This document shows positions 20,289-30,532 of a stretch of DNA of 64,000 nucleotides, piece by piece; position 1 is the first letter of the stretch; each line of letters begins with the position of its first letter. The position numbers and the translations under genes are program-made. The notes beneath the pieces are model-generated. The model was not told where the DNA came from, did no database searches, and worked only from the letters and a program-made list of their open reading frames with translations. This stretch comes from a bacterium (GTDB taxonomy: Bacteria; JAGOBX01), in NCBI GenBank assembly GCA_029551925.1, contig JAKPEO010000124.1, forward strand, positions 672 through 64,671, given 5' to 3'.

Positions 20289-20912
20289 TCAAAATATAGA
20301 ATTTTTATATTGATTTATTTCAAATTTCTTCACCATTTCAATTACTTTTTGCATTTTATTATAATCTTTTTTTCCGATTTTTTCTTCTATTCCGCTCGAT
20401 AAATCTATGCCATACGCAGTCTGAGCAAATTTTAGCGATTCTACAATATTATTTTCATTCAAGCCGCCGGCTATAAAATATTTTTGAGTTATATTATATT
20501 CCTGTATTTCTTTAAATTCTAATATTCGTCCTGATTTTTTAGTTTTATCAAATAATAAATAATCCGCTATATTTTTTATATACTGCAATTCAACAATATC
20601 GCAAACTCGTTTAATTAAAGGTTTTTTTAATTTTTTTTTATATTTGATTATATCTTCATATCCGTGCAATTGGATAATATCAAAATTGCATATTTTATCA
20701 ATATCCTGAATATACTCAATATTTTGATTCATAAACACGCCGACAATTTTTGCGTTTTTTTTAGATATTTTTGCAATAATATCAATAACTTTTTCTATTT
20801 CAATTTTTCGCGGACTATCTGCAAAAATAAAACCGAGATAATCAGCACCTAAATCAATAGCATTTTGCGCGTCTTCAATATTCGTCAATCCGCAAATTTT
20901 TATTTTTTTCAT
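20289..20912 (-). CDS. trpF: Phosphoribosylanthranilate isomerase
   Basis: KICGLT...GADYLGFIF...SPR...QLHG motifs typical of TrpF. Confidence 0.8.
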   Translation of the reverse strand: MKKIKICGLTNIEDAQNAIDLGADYLGFIFADSPRKIEIEKVIDIIAKISKKNAKIVGVFMNQNIEYIQDIDKICNFDIIQLHGYEDIIKYKKKLKKPLIKRVCDIVELQYIKNIADYLLFDKTKKSGRILEFKEIQEYNITQKYFIAGGLNENNIVESLKFAQTAYGIDLSSGIEEKIGKKDYNKMQKVIEMVKKFEINQYKNSIF

Positions 20913-20913
20913 T

Positions 20914-22560
20914 TTAATTTATACCGTATGTTTCTTCTAAATTTTCAATATCTTCATCTTCTGCCATTAAAAATTTTTCAGGTAATTCCTTTTTCGGTTT
21001 TAATCCTAATTCTTTTAAATTTTTTGCTTGGCTAATTAAATTTCCTTTTCCGCTATTTAATTGTTTCACGGCTTTATTATATACTTCTAATGTTTTATTA
21101 ATATTTTTTCCGATTTCTTCCAAACTTTCAACAAATCCGACAAATTTTTCATATAATATTTCTCCGCGTTTTGCGATTTCTAATACATTTTTATTTTGAT
21201 ATTCTTTTTTCCATAAATTTTCTATTAATTTCAATACTGCAATCAAATTAGTCGGTCCTATTAAAATTATTCTTTTGGAATAAGCGTAATTCCACAATTG
21301 CGGATTATTTTGCACTGCAAGCAAATATGCAGCTTCTATCGGAACAAACATCAGCACAAAATCAAGAGATTTTTGATAATCTTCATAATTTTTACCGCTT
21401 AAATCATCTATATGTTTTTTTATTGCTTCAATATGTCTTTTTAATGCTTCTGCTTGCTGTTCCGCATCATTAGCAGAGTGATAATCATTATAAGCATTAA
21501 GCGAAACCTTTGAATCAATCAAAATACATCTATCTTCCGGGCATTTTATAATTACATCTGGCTGCATTTTCTTACCGTCTTCTGACATCAGATAAGCGCC
21601 GCCGTCTTGTTTCAAATATTCCTGTATAAAATATTCTCTATTTTTTGTCAGCCCAGAATTTTCAAGAATGCTCTCTAAAATCATCTCGCCCCAATTTCCT
21701 ACTCTTTTTATATCCGTTTTTAATGCTTGCGTTAAATTATTTGCTTCTGCGCTTACTTTATTAGTCAATTCCATCAAATTTTTGATTTTCTCAGCCAGTA
21801 TTCCGCGTTCGCGCGTTTCGGCATTATATACCTCATCAACTTTTTTTCTAAAATTTTCAATATTTTCGCCTAATGGCTTTAACAAATTTTCTAAATTAGT
21901 TTTATTTAGTTCTGTGAATTTACTGCTTTTTTCTTCGAGTATTTTATTTGCTATGTTTTGAAATTCGATTTTGAATTGCTGTTTAATTTCGTCAATTTCT
22001 TTTTTTTGAAATTCTAATTTTTCTTGAAGCGTTTTATTTATTTCTAAAACTTTTGATAATTCAGAATTCAAATTTTTTAGGTCTTCATTTTTATCATTTA
22101 TTTGCCGCTGTAATTCCAGATTTTTTTCTTTAACTTCTTTTAATTGTAAATCTGTCTGCTCGTATTTCGCTTTATATTCAGCGCAGTATTGATTTGTATT
22201 TTTTAAATTTTCAGATAATTCAGTATATTCTTTTTTTAGATTTTCGATTTCAAGTTGTAATTCTTGTTTATAAGATTTGAAGTTTTCTAAATCAGCAGAT
22301 TTTGAAGAATTATCAGCAATCAATTTTTTTAGTTCTTCGGTTTTATTAGCATTATCCACTTCAAATTTATTCAAGGTCTCTTTTAAAATTTTCAATTGTT
22401 CGATACTTTTATTTAATTCATTATCAATTTCATTTTTATTTTTTTGTAATGTTTCAAAATCTTCTTTTTTTACAAATTTTAATTTAGTATTTAGGTTTGT
22501 AAAAATAAAAGTCCAGGCAGCACCGACAATCACCCCAATAATTAAAAATAAAATTCCCAT
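20914..22560 (-). CDS. rmuC: DNA recombination protein RmuC
   Basis: N-terminal TM, long coiled coil, C-terminal RmuC-type domain (FVLMFVPIEAAYL...). Confidence 0.8.
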   Translation of the reverse strand: MGILFLIIGVIVGAAWTFIFTNLNTKLKFVKKEDFETLQKNKNEIDNELNKSIEQLKILKETLNKFEVDNANKTEELKKLIADNSSKSADLENFKSYKQELQLEIENLKKEYTELSENLKNTNQYCAEYKAKYEQTDLQLKEVKEKNLELQRQINDKNEDLKNLNSELSKVLEINKTLQEKLEFQKKEIDEIKQQFKIEFQNIANKILEEKSSKFTELNKTNLENLLKPLGENIENFRKKVDEVYNAETRERGILAEKIKNLMELTNKVSAEANNLTQALKTDIKRVGNWGEMILESILENSGLTKNREYFIQEYLKQDGGAYLMSEDGKKMQPDVIIKCPEDRCILIDSKVSLNAYNDYHSANDAEQQAEALKRHIEAIKKHIDDLSGKNYEDYQKSLDFVLMFVPIEAAYLLAVQNNPQLWNYAYSKRIILIGPTNLIAVLKLIENLWKKEYQNKNVLEIAKRGEILYEKFVGFVESLEEIGKNINKTLEVYNKAVKQLNSGKGNLISQAKNLKELGLKPKKELPEKFLMAEDEDIENLEETYGIN

Positions 22561-22783
22561 TATTTTCTTACTCTCCTAAGTGAAGCAAAATTATATTTTA
22601 ATATAAACTAACATATCATTAAAATCAAGAAAAAAAACTATAAAGTCAAAATTGCAGGCTGCAGTCATAAATATAGTGAACTGAAAAATCAAAACAAAAA
22701 AGAACAAAAAACTTTTACTCTTTTAACCCGCATTTTTTTCAAAATGCAAAAAAATATTAAAAGTTTTTTTTATTTAATTTAAT

Positions 22784-23488
22784 TTAATTTAATTTACAAT
22801 AATTTTTTATTATGCAGTGTTCGCACAGCGGTTTTATTTTACAATTATATTTACAGTGTTCAACAATCGCCGCATGATAATTTTTATACAAATTAACTTT
22901 TTTTGGAATATTTTTTTCAATCAATATTCTAATTTCGTCATAATCTTTTTTAGCGTCTATAATTTCGCAGCGTTGCAAAATTCGTCTGGTATAAGCATCT
23001 ACTACAAATATCGGTTTATTAAAAACATACAGTATTATGCTATCCGCGGTTTCTTTACCGATACCCCAAATATCTAATAATCTTTTGCGCAATTCTGAAA
23101 TGTCTAATTTTTCCAAATCGCGCCAATTATTTTTTATTAAAAATTCGCATAAATACCGCATTTTTTTCAATTTTTGATTATAATAGCCGCTCGGTTTAAT
23201 CGCTTCTAATATTTTAGTTTCTTCTATTTCCAGCATTTTTTCAGGGCTGGAGCATTTTAATTTTTTTAGATTGTATAATGCTTTGACTACATTTGACCAC
23301 GCCGTATTTTGCGTAAGTATCGCTCCTATCGCAATTTCAAATTTTTCATACTCTGAATATTTATAATTTTTAGATTTATGATATTCAGGATATTCCTTAT
23401 CTGGCGGAGTAGATGGCCACCAGCCGAGCCATCCGTATTTTTTATCAAGAGCACTAAATATTTTATTTATTTTTTCGTTCATTTTCAA
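22784..23488 (-). CDS. HhH-GPD superfamily DNA glycosylase (endonuclease III-like) with C-terminal Cys cluster
   Basis: Helix-hairpin-helix/GPD-like segment (LLDIWGIGKETADSIILY...VVDAY) and C-terminal C-X5-C-X2-C-X5-C cluster. Overlaps the upstream gene by 26 nt. Confidence 0.6.
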   Translation of the reverse strand: MKMNEKINKIFSALDKKYGWLGWWPSTPPDKEYPEYHKSKNYKYSEYEKFEIAIGAILTQNTAWSNVVKALYNLKKLKCSSPEKMLEIEETKILEAIKPSGYYNQKLKKMRYLCEFLIKNNWRDLEKLDISELRKRLLDIWGIGKETADSIILYVFNKPIFVVDAYTRRILQRCEIIDAKKDYDEIRILIEKNIPKKVNLYKNYHAAIVEHCKYNCKIKPLCEHCIIKNYCKLN

Positions 23489-24578
23489 AAATCACATACG
23501 GAATTTCAGATATTTCGCGATTATAGATAAATCTTACTAATAATCTTAATTCATTAAAATTCAAGGGCTGAACAAAAAAATAAATTTTATCAAAATAATC
23601 GCGATATTTAAAAATATTTTGATAATCTGTCAAAAGCGCAATAATATTTTTATCGCGTAACTTTTCTAAATATTCAAGTTTATCAAATATTCTATCGTCA
23701 ATAATTATTTCATTTGCGCAGTCGATTTTTTCTAAATCGTCAAAAACTATTATATTATTATATTCTAAAAAATCTCTGATTATAAAATTTTCAGGTGCGG
23801 CATTATCAATGAAATAAACAGTTTTTTCAATAGTAGTGTCTAAAAAAAATTCTGTGCTATCATCTATCTTTTTTTTAGAAAACAGCGGCAGTTTAATATG
23901 AAATTCTGTAAATTTATTTTTCTCGGAAAATACCTTTATTTCTCCGTTATTTTCAAAAATTATTTTTCTAATAAACGCCAAGCCCAGTCCTGCGCCTGAC
24001 AATGAAGTTCTAATTTTTGTAGTGAAGAATGGTTTGAAAATTTTATCTATATTTTCATTATCTATGCCTATGCCTGAATCCCAAAATACTATATTATAAT
24101 AATCGCTGTCACTATATGTTTTTATTTTAATTTCTCTATCATTTTGTTTTTCTATTACAGCATCAATAGCATTAATCAAAAGATTAGAAATTATCGAATT
24201 AAAATCGCTGATATTAAAATATATCTGTTTAGCATTTTGAAATTCTAATTTAACTGTTATGCCGTGTTCTTTTATTTTATATTTGTATAAATCTACAACC
24301 GCCTGTATTTCAATTTCAGGCAAAAATTCAGTTTTTACTGCGTTTTCTATACGCGATAAATTCAATAATCTATCTGTTATCTGTTCTGCTTTATCAATCA
24401 AATTCCGAATTTTTTCAGATATTTTTTTTATATCTGCGTCGTCATAATTTTCCAATACTTCAATATACCCGGAGATGCCGTAAAGCAAATTATTAAATTC
24501 GTGCGCTATTCCGCCTGCTAAAATATTTATTTCAGACGCTTTTTCATATTGCAAAATTTTAAGATTTAATTCATTCAT
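23463..24578 (-). CDS. Cytoplasmic histidine-kinase-like protein (HisKA + HATPase_c) with C-terminal degenerate receiver-like domain
   Basis: H-box AGGIAHEFNN; N/G boxes NLLINAIDAV, DSGIGI, GAGLGLAFI; C-terminal VYFIDNA...IIIDDRIF...ALLTDY resembles a receiver lacking the first acidic pair and the Lys; no TM. Confidence 0.6.
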   Translation of the reverse strand: MNELNLKILQYEKASEINILAGGIAHEFNNLLYGISGYIEVLENYDDADIKKISEKIRNLIDKAEQITDRLLNLSRIENAVKTEFLPEIEIQAVVDLYKYKIKEHGITVKLEFQNAKQIYFNISDFNSIISNLLINAIDAVIEKQNDREIKIKTYSDSDYYNIVFWDSGIGIDNENIDKIFKPFFTTKIRTSLSGAGLGLAFIRKIIFENNGEIKVFSEKNKFTEFHIKLPLFSKKKIDDSTEFFLDTTIEKTVYFIDNAAPENFIIRDFLEYNNIIVFDDLEKIDCANEIIIDDRIFDKLEYLEKLRDKNIIALLTDYQNIFKYRDYFDKIYFFVQPLNFNELRLLVRFIYNREISEIPYVIFENERKNK

Positions 24579-24967
24579 AGCAACGAAAAAATTAATTTAA
24601 AAAAATTTTTGTTTGCTTTATGTTCATAATAAAATTCATCAGCATAATTTTTTATAATGTATAGCCCCGCTCCTGAATAATTTTTACGAAACGCCGAATC
24701 TTTAAATTCATTTGAAATATCGATTTTTTCGTCTTCGGTCATTATATCAAAAATAATTCTGTCGCCGCCAATATTAAGCAGCAGCGATACAGTTCCGTCT
24801 TTATATTTAGATGTTGTATGCCCGATTATATTTGCAAGCAATTCATTAATACAAATCAAAATATTATCAATTTTTTGATCGGCAATTTTTTTTTCATCTA
24901 ATATTTTATGTATTATAAATTTCGTAATAGCAATATATTTTTTACTTTTTAAAATACAAATTTTCAT
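24575..24967 (-). CDS. Anti-sigma regulatory factor-like Ser kinase (RsbW/SpoIIAB-type)
   Basis: NELLANIIGHT N-box-like motif and GAGL G-box-like motif, ~130 aa. Confidence 0.6.
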   Translation of the reverse strand: MKICILKSKKYIAITKFIIHKILDEKKIADQKIDNILICINELLANIIGHTTSKYKDGTVSLLLNIGGDRIIFDIMTEDEKIDISNEFKDSAFRKNYSGAGLYIIKNYADEFYYEHKANKNFFKLIFSLL

Positions 24968-24974
24968 ATTAATA

Positions 24975-25310
24975 TCAAACTAAAATTTCAAATTCGCTGT
25001 CCATTTTTAAAATTTTCATATTTTGTAATATTAAATTATTAACATTAGAAAATTTTATTTTTGCGGCATATTTGCGATTTATTAGAAAATCTTGGAGTTC
25101 AAAAAATAAACCAAAACCATTACTGCTTATCATTTTACAATCTTTTAAATTAAATATTATCTCTTTATAATTATTAGCAGAATCCAATATTTTTCTGGTT
25201 ATTTGCCGAAGTTTTTCATAATTAGAATAATCAATCTCACCGATTATTAAAACTTCAATTTTTTTGTTATCATCATCATAAATCAATTCAATATTCAAAT
25301 TAGTCAACAT
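24975..25310 (-). CDS. STAS-domain anti-sigma-factor antagonist (SpoIIAA/RsbV-like)
   Basis: ~110 aa; the phosphorylatable Ser lies in the conserved ISSNGFG context. Confidence 0.6.
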   Translation of the reverse strand: MLTNLNIELIYDDDNKKIEVLIIGEIDYSNYEKLRQITRKILDSANNYKEIIFNLKDCKMISSNGFGLFFELQDFLINRKYAAKIKFSNVNNLILQNMKILKMDSEFEILV

Positions 25311-25394
25311 ATTTTTTTTATTTACAATATTATTTGTTTATTATATACTAAATAATTTTAGAGATTAATTAAAAGAATACAAGAAAAAAATAAA

Positions 25395-26828
25395 ATGACA
25401 AGATATAAATTATTAGCGATATATCCGCCGGGTAAAAAATTTCAGCGCGGCGAAGACAGATGTCAAGCGTCAATAGACGACAGTATCACAGTATCGCAGC
25501 GCGCATGCAATGATTTAGGATATATTGCCGCGATAGCGCGATTATATAATTTTGACAGTTATATAATAGATTATCCTTCTGAAAATAAAAATATTGATAA
25601 TTTAATCGACGATTTAAAAAAAATCAGACCTGATATAATTTTTATTTCTTCTACTGACGGAGCATTAATAGACGATTATGAGACATTTAAAATCATCAAA
25701 CAAATTTTGCCGACCGGTATAATAATCGCAAAAGGCGCATTATTTTCTACTCTTACTTATAATGACTTAAATGACTATGAAAAATATATTGAGCCACTTG
25801 ATTATGCAGTAAAAGGCGAAGCAGAAGCGACGCTTAATGAATTTTTAAAATATTTTGACGATAAGAGCAAACGCGAAACTGCTTGCGGACTGATTTATAA
25901 AAAAGAAAATAAATGGATAATACCTGAAAAATTAGCGCAACTTGAAAATTTAGATGTTTTGCCGTTTCCGGCGCGCGATTTAATGAAAAATGAATTATAT
26001 ATTAGACCTGACACTGGCAAACCGATGGCTACAATAGAAAGTTCGCGCGGCTGTCCGGCGAATTGCATATATTGTTTAACACCAATTATTTCAGGAAAAA
26101 ATGTAAGATACAGGTCTGCTGACAATATAATTTCAGAATTAGAAGAATGCATTGCTAAATATAATATTACAGATTTCTTTTTTCGGTCAGACACATTTAC
26201 AATCAACAAAAAATGGGTCTGCGAATTATGCGATAAAATATTAGAAAAAAAAATAAATATCCGCTGGGTCGCCAATGCCCGCGTCAAACCATTAGATAAA
26301 GAAACATTAGAAAAAATGAAAAAAGCCGGATGCTGGCTCATTGCGTTTGGCATTGAATCCGGATCCGACGAATCCCTTAAAAAAATGAAAAAAGGCGCGA
26401 CTGTGGAAGATGCTAAAAACTCTGTAAATTTAGCAAAAAATGTCGGACTTCAAATTTACGGTTTTTTTATGTTGGGTTTTCCGTGGGAAACTAAAAACGA
26501 CATAAAAAAAACAATTGATTTCGCTATTGAATTAGATTGCGATTTCGCTGAATTTCATATTGCTACCGCATTTAAAGGAACAGAATTATATAACTCGATT
26601 TCATCTAAAAAAATAAATATCGGCGCTAATTATTTCGGCAAGCCGACAGAAACAACTGAAAATTTCACAGTGCAAGAGTTGCTTGATTTCCGCAGACAAG
26701 CGATAAAAAAATTCTATTTGCGACCGAGATACATTTATAAAAAACTCAAAAAAATACGAAATTTCTATCAATTAAAAACATATATATTTTACGGACTGAA
26801 AACATTAAAATTAATTTTTAAAAAATAA
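25395..26828 (+). CDS. B12-binding-domain radical SAM protein
   Basis: CPANCIYC (CX3CX2C) radical SAM cluster motif after an N-terminal B12-binding-like Rossmann region. Confidence 0.8.
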   Translation: MTRYKLLAIYPPGKKFQRGEDRCQASIDDSITVSQRACNDLGYIAAIARLYNFDSYIIDYPSENKNIDNLIDDLKKIRPDIIFISSTDGALIDDYETFKIIKQILPTGIIIAKGALFSTLTYNDLNDYEKYIEPLDYAVKGEAEATLNEFLKYFDDKSKRETACGLIYKKENKWIIPEKLAQLENLDVLPFPARDLMKNELYIRPDTGKPMATIESSRGCPANCIYCLTPIISGKNVRYRSADNIISELEECIAKYNITDFFFRSDTFTINKKWVCELCDKILEKKINIRWVANARVKPLDKETLEKMKKAGCWLIAFGIESGSDESLKKMKKGATVEDAKNSVNLAKNVGLQIYGFFMLGFPWETKNDIKKTIDFAIELDCDFAEFHIATAFKGTELYNSISSKKINIGANYFGKPTETTENFTVQELLDFRRQAIKKFYLRPRYIYKKLKKIRNFYQLKTYIFYGLKTLKLIFKK

Positions 26829-26845
26829 TTTTTTATTGACAAATG

Positions 26846-26881
26846 ACTATTTTTTTGATATACAATTTTTTAATTTTTTTT
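26846..26881 (+). promoter_or_regulatory. Sigma70-like promoter candidate (TTGACA, 17-nt spacer, TATACA) upstream of panD
   Basis: Hexamers read directly; unverified. Confidence 0.35.
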
Positions 26882-26907
26882 AAGGATAATTTATAAGGAA
26901 CAAAAAA

Positions 26908-27267
26908 ATGCTTATACCTTTTTTAAAAGCGAAAATACATAATGCAGCAGTAACAAAAAGCGAACTCGATTATGAAGGCAGCATATCAATAGACGAAAAT
27001 ATAATCAATCAAGCCGGCTTGCAAGAATTTGAAAAAGTACTAGTTGTAAATAAAAATAACGGCGCGCGCTTTGAGACTTATATAATCAAAGCACCTGCCG
27101 GCTCAAAAGAATTTGGCATTAACGGCGCTGCTGCGAGATTAGCAATGGTTGGCGATAAAATTATTATTTTCAGTTTTGCTTTATTCTCGCCAGAAGAACT
27201 AAAAAATCACAAACCCAAAATTCTCATATACTCGCAAGAAACAGACTCATTCATCGAAAAAAAATAA
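26908..27267 (+). CDS. panD: Aspartate 1-decarboxylase (pyruvoyl-dependent)
   Basis: MLIPFLKAKIHNA...YEGSISID self-cleavage site context; AAGGAA ribosome-binding site. Confidence 0.85.
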   Translation: MLIPFLKAKIHNAAVTKSELDYEGSISIDENIINQAGLQEFEKVLVVNKNNGARFETYIIKAPAGSKEFGINGAAARLAMVGDKIIIFSFALFSPEELKNHKPKILIYSQETDSFIEKK

Positions 27268-27483
27268 TTTTTCATAAATTAATTTTACGCTACGCGGTTA
27301 ACATTTTTTTAGTGTTTCGCAGGGGAACGGCATATTTTTCACGCAAGATGCTTAATTTATAATTATTTATTCATATTTATTGGTTATTAAACAATATTGG
27401 TCATTTTTAGAAGTGCACACTCCAAAATAAAAATATCGTCATTCTCTATTTTTTATTTTTTTTTGCAAAAATTGAACTAAAAT

Positions 27484-27876
27484 TTACAGGCATTTGACAA
27501 AAACTGTGCGAGCGCGCGGTCCGTCAAATTCGCAAAAATAAATGCCTTGCCAAGTGCCTAATAATAACTGATTATTTTCAATGATAATTGTTTCACTTGT
27601 GCCTACCAAACTTGATTTAATATGCGCTGCTGAATTGCCTTCTGAATGCTGGTAATTATCTGACAGCGGCACAATTTTATTCAATTCATAGATTATATCT
27701 CGCTGCACTGTCGGGTCAGCGTTTTCATTTATAGTAATCGCCGCTGTTGTATGCGGAGTATATACCACGCAAAGCCCTGAGGATATTTTAGTTTGTCGCA
27801 CATATTTTTCAACTTCATCTGTAATATCTATTAATTCATTATTTCGCGTTGTTTTTAGTGAAAATTTGAATAACAT
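27484..27876 (-). CDS. YjbQ/UPF0047 family protein (secondary thiamine-phosphate synthase-like)
   Basis: LCVVYTPHTTAAITINEN...HIKSSLVG family motifs. Confidence 0.75.
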   Translation of the reverse strand: MLFKFSLKTTRNNELIDITDEVEKYVRQTKISSGLCVVYTPHTTAAITINENADPTVQRDIIYELNKIVPLSDNYQHSEGNSAAHIKSSLVGTSETIIIENNQLLLGTWQGIYFCEFDGPRARTVFVKCL

Positions 27877-27922
27877 TTTATTATATTAACTCCTTTATTT
27901 TTTTAATTTTGTTTCAAACTCG

Positions 27923-30406
27923 CTATTTATTATTTAATCGCTCAATAAAATCATCATAATTTTTAGATTTTAATAATACTTCGGTAAATTTTGGAATCTG
28001 CACTGTTTTTGATATTTCTGCCAGCATATTCAAATGACTTTCAGCTTTGACATTTTCAGGCGAAAGTAAAATTATCAATATTTTCGGCTTAATAACATTA
28101 TCCAAACTCAAATCAAAACCAACTTGATTTGTATAAATATAAATCTGAAAATTTTCTATTTTATTGGTGTGAATATGTATCAAAACAATATATTCATTTA
28201 ATTCAATAGGTATATCCCGCGCTGCAGATATTAATTTTCTCAAAAGTTCTTTTTTATTTTCTATTTGAATATTCAAAACTAAATCATTTAATAATTCCAG
28301 AATATCGTTCTTATCATAATTAAAACAAATATTTTGCCGAGTTATAAAATTCAATAGCGGCACTTCAAATTTTTTGATTTCTTCATATTCAATTTCGCTA
28401 ATATTTGAATAAGGATAAATCATAATAAAATTATTATTTTTAAATTTTTTTGCGATATTTTCCGGCATTCTATCGAAACTCGAACGCCAAGCCAATTTTC
28501 CCTGCCGCGCTATCATCTGAATAATAGTATCTCCCGGAATAACTATTTCATTTAATACATCAATAATTTTTTTCCAACTTGTAATTTTAAAAAATTTTGC
28601 ATTCATTTTCGGTTTAATATTATTTATTAACTCCAATAATTCATTTTCAGTTTCACATATTACTAATAATTCAGCATTTATCGCTAATATCAATGCCTTC
28701 AATTCATTTAATGATTCAATAAAACCATTTTGCTTGTGTATCAGCGGCGGAATTATCAATATAATTCTTTTTGTCAAATTTATCTGTTCGACTATCCGCA
28801 GAAAAAATATCATTTCATTGCTTTGAATTATATAACTTTTTATCTCGTCTTTATACAATTGTTGATAACTACTTTTTTCTGATGACCAGCCAAATATGAC
28901 TTTTGTTATACGATTTTCTCTAATCATTTTTACAAGCGCATTTTTAACATTTATATCTATTGCAGTCAAAGGTAGCGCATTTTTCTTAACACTGTTTATA
29001 CGTATTACTGCTTTTGTTAATAGATTTTCGCCTTTTATTAAATTCTGCTCTACATCCGGCCCGTCTATCACTATATTTGCTAAATAAATAGATTCATTAT
29101 TATTTTTATGTAAAAGCATAGCAAAATGCACTAAATTATTCATTGTATTAGGATTTTTCAATGTCACTAATATTCTATCTAAATATTTTTGTTCTTTAAA
29201 ACAAAATTTATTTTTTTCTTCTATTATTATTTTTCGCGCAGACCAATCTGTGACATAGCCGCCTATCAAACAAGTCACTAATATCATAATTATTGCGCCA
29301 GTTAAATACGCTTCTGTAAATATTCCTAATTTATATGATACTAATATTGCGGCTAATGTCGCTGCAGCTTGGTTTACACTTAATCCATACATTAAATTGC
29401 ATTCATTTCTTGAAAATTTCATAATTCTAACAAATATATCAGCGGCAAAATATTTCGATATTATCGCTACTATAATCATTGTAACTATTACTTTAATAGT
29501 ATGCGCGTCGCTGAATATTAATTTCGGATTAATTATCATTCCGACTGACAGTAAAAAAAACGGAATAAATAACGCATTTCCGATAAATTGTATTCTATGC
29601 ATCAGCACGCTATTTTCAGGTATTAATGAATTTAATATTATGCCTGTAAAAAATGCGCCGACTATCGGCTCTAATCCCACTAAATGCGAAACAAACGCGC
29701 TACTGAATAACATAGCCAATACGAACACATATTCTTCCACCCCTAATTCTGTTGAAAATTTTCTAAAAAACCAAGTGCTTAATTTCGGTAAAAATTTAAA
29801 AGACAATACAACATACACAACGCAGAACAAAAAAAACTTTAACCAAAAAATATATGTAATTTCTCCGACTCTCATTCGTATCACAATTGCTAATATTATC
29901 ATTGCTAACACATCAGTTATTATTGTGCCACTAATGGTAGTGTTAACCGCTCGATGTTTAGTAATTCCCAATCTGCTTACAATAGGATATGAAATTAATG
30001 TATGCGATGAAAACATACTCGCTAATAATATTGAATACGCTAAATTTTCTATTCCTAAAATATACAGTCCGGCAATCACTCCTAAAACCAGCGGAATTAT
30101 AAAAGTAAAAAATCCGTATAATAAACTATAATGTTTGTTTTTTTTAACTTGTTGAAGGTCTATTTCTAATCCGGCTTGAAACATTATATATAACAATCCT
30201 ATTGTGCCTAATAATTCTATTGCTTGGTCGCGCTCTAAAATGTGTAATATATGACTACCAAATATCGTGCCTGCTATTAATAATCCGACTATATCCGGCA
30301 TTTTCAAAAACCGCGATATAATCGGCGCTATCAACACAATTAACATAACAATAGCAAATATTAAGACCGGATTATGAACAGGAAACATATTTTGAAACAT
30401 AACCAT
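27923..30406 (-). CDS. CPA2-type cation:proton antiporter (~400-aa membrane domain) fused to a ~430-aa cytoplasmic C-terminal region without an RCK GxGxxG motif
   Basis: About 12 TM helices with Kef/NapA-like pattern; the C-terminal half is soluble and may be tandem Usp-like alpha/beta domains (low confidence). Confidence 0.65.
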   Translation of the reverse strand: MVMFQNMFPVHNPVLIFAIVMLIVLIAPIISRFLKMPDIVGLLIAGTIFGSHILHILERDQAIELLGTIGLLYIMFQAGLEIDLQQVKKNKHYSLLYGFFTFIIPLVLGVIAGLYILGIENLAYSILLASMFSSHTLISYPIVSRLGITKHRAVNTTISGTIITDVLAMIILAIVIRMRVGEITYIFWLKFFLFCVVYVVLSFKFLPKLSTWFFRKFSTELGVEEYVFVLAMLFSSAFVSHLVGLEPIVGAFFTGIILNSLIPENSVLMHRIQFIGNALFIPFFLLSVGMIINPKLIFSDAHTIKVIVTMIIVAIISKYFAADIFVRIMKFSRNECNLMYGLSVNQAAATLAAILVSYKLGIFTEAYLTGAIIMILVTCLIGGYVTDWSARKIIIEEKNKFCFKEQKYLDRILVTLKNPNTMNNLVHFAMLLHKNNNESIYLANIVIDGPDVEQNLIKGENLLTKAVIRINSVKKNALPLTAIDINVKNALVKMIRENRITKVIFGWSSEKSSYQQLYKDEIKSYIIQSNEMIFFLRIVEQINLTKRIILIIPPLIHKQNGFIESLNELKALILAINAELLVICETENELLELINNIKPKMNAKFFKITSWKKIIDVLNEIVIPGDTIIQMIARQGKLAWRSSFDRMPENIAKKFKNNNFIMIYPYSNISEIEYEEIKKFEVPLLNFITRQNICFNYDKNDILELLNDLVLNIQIENKKELLRKLISAARDIPIELNEYIVLIHIHTNKIENFQIYIYTNQVGFDLSLDNVIKPKILIILLSPENVKAESHLNMLAEISKTVQIPKFTEVLLKSKNYDDFIERLNNK

Positions 30407-30532
30407 AATTAATATTTAATAATAAAATATTTAAATTTCAAGTTTTTTATTAAAAAAAACTTGCTTTTAAAAAAAAAATTAGTAAAATCAATCGAATTAT
30501 CTATTTATTTTTTTTTGAGGAGTGAAAACACA

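Noticed and set aside
22771-22795. (AATTT)5 microsatellite overlapping the stop of the HhH-GPD gene
   Set aside because: Short AT pentamer repeat expected by chance in a genome this AT-rich. It lies at the gene end and has no obvious function.
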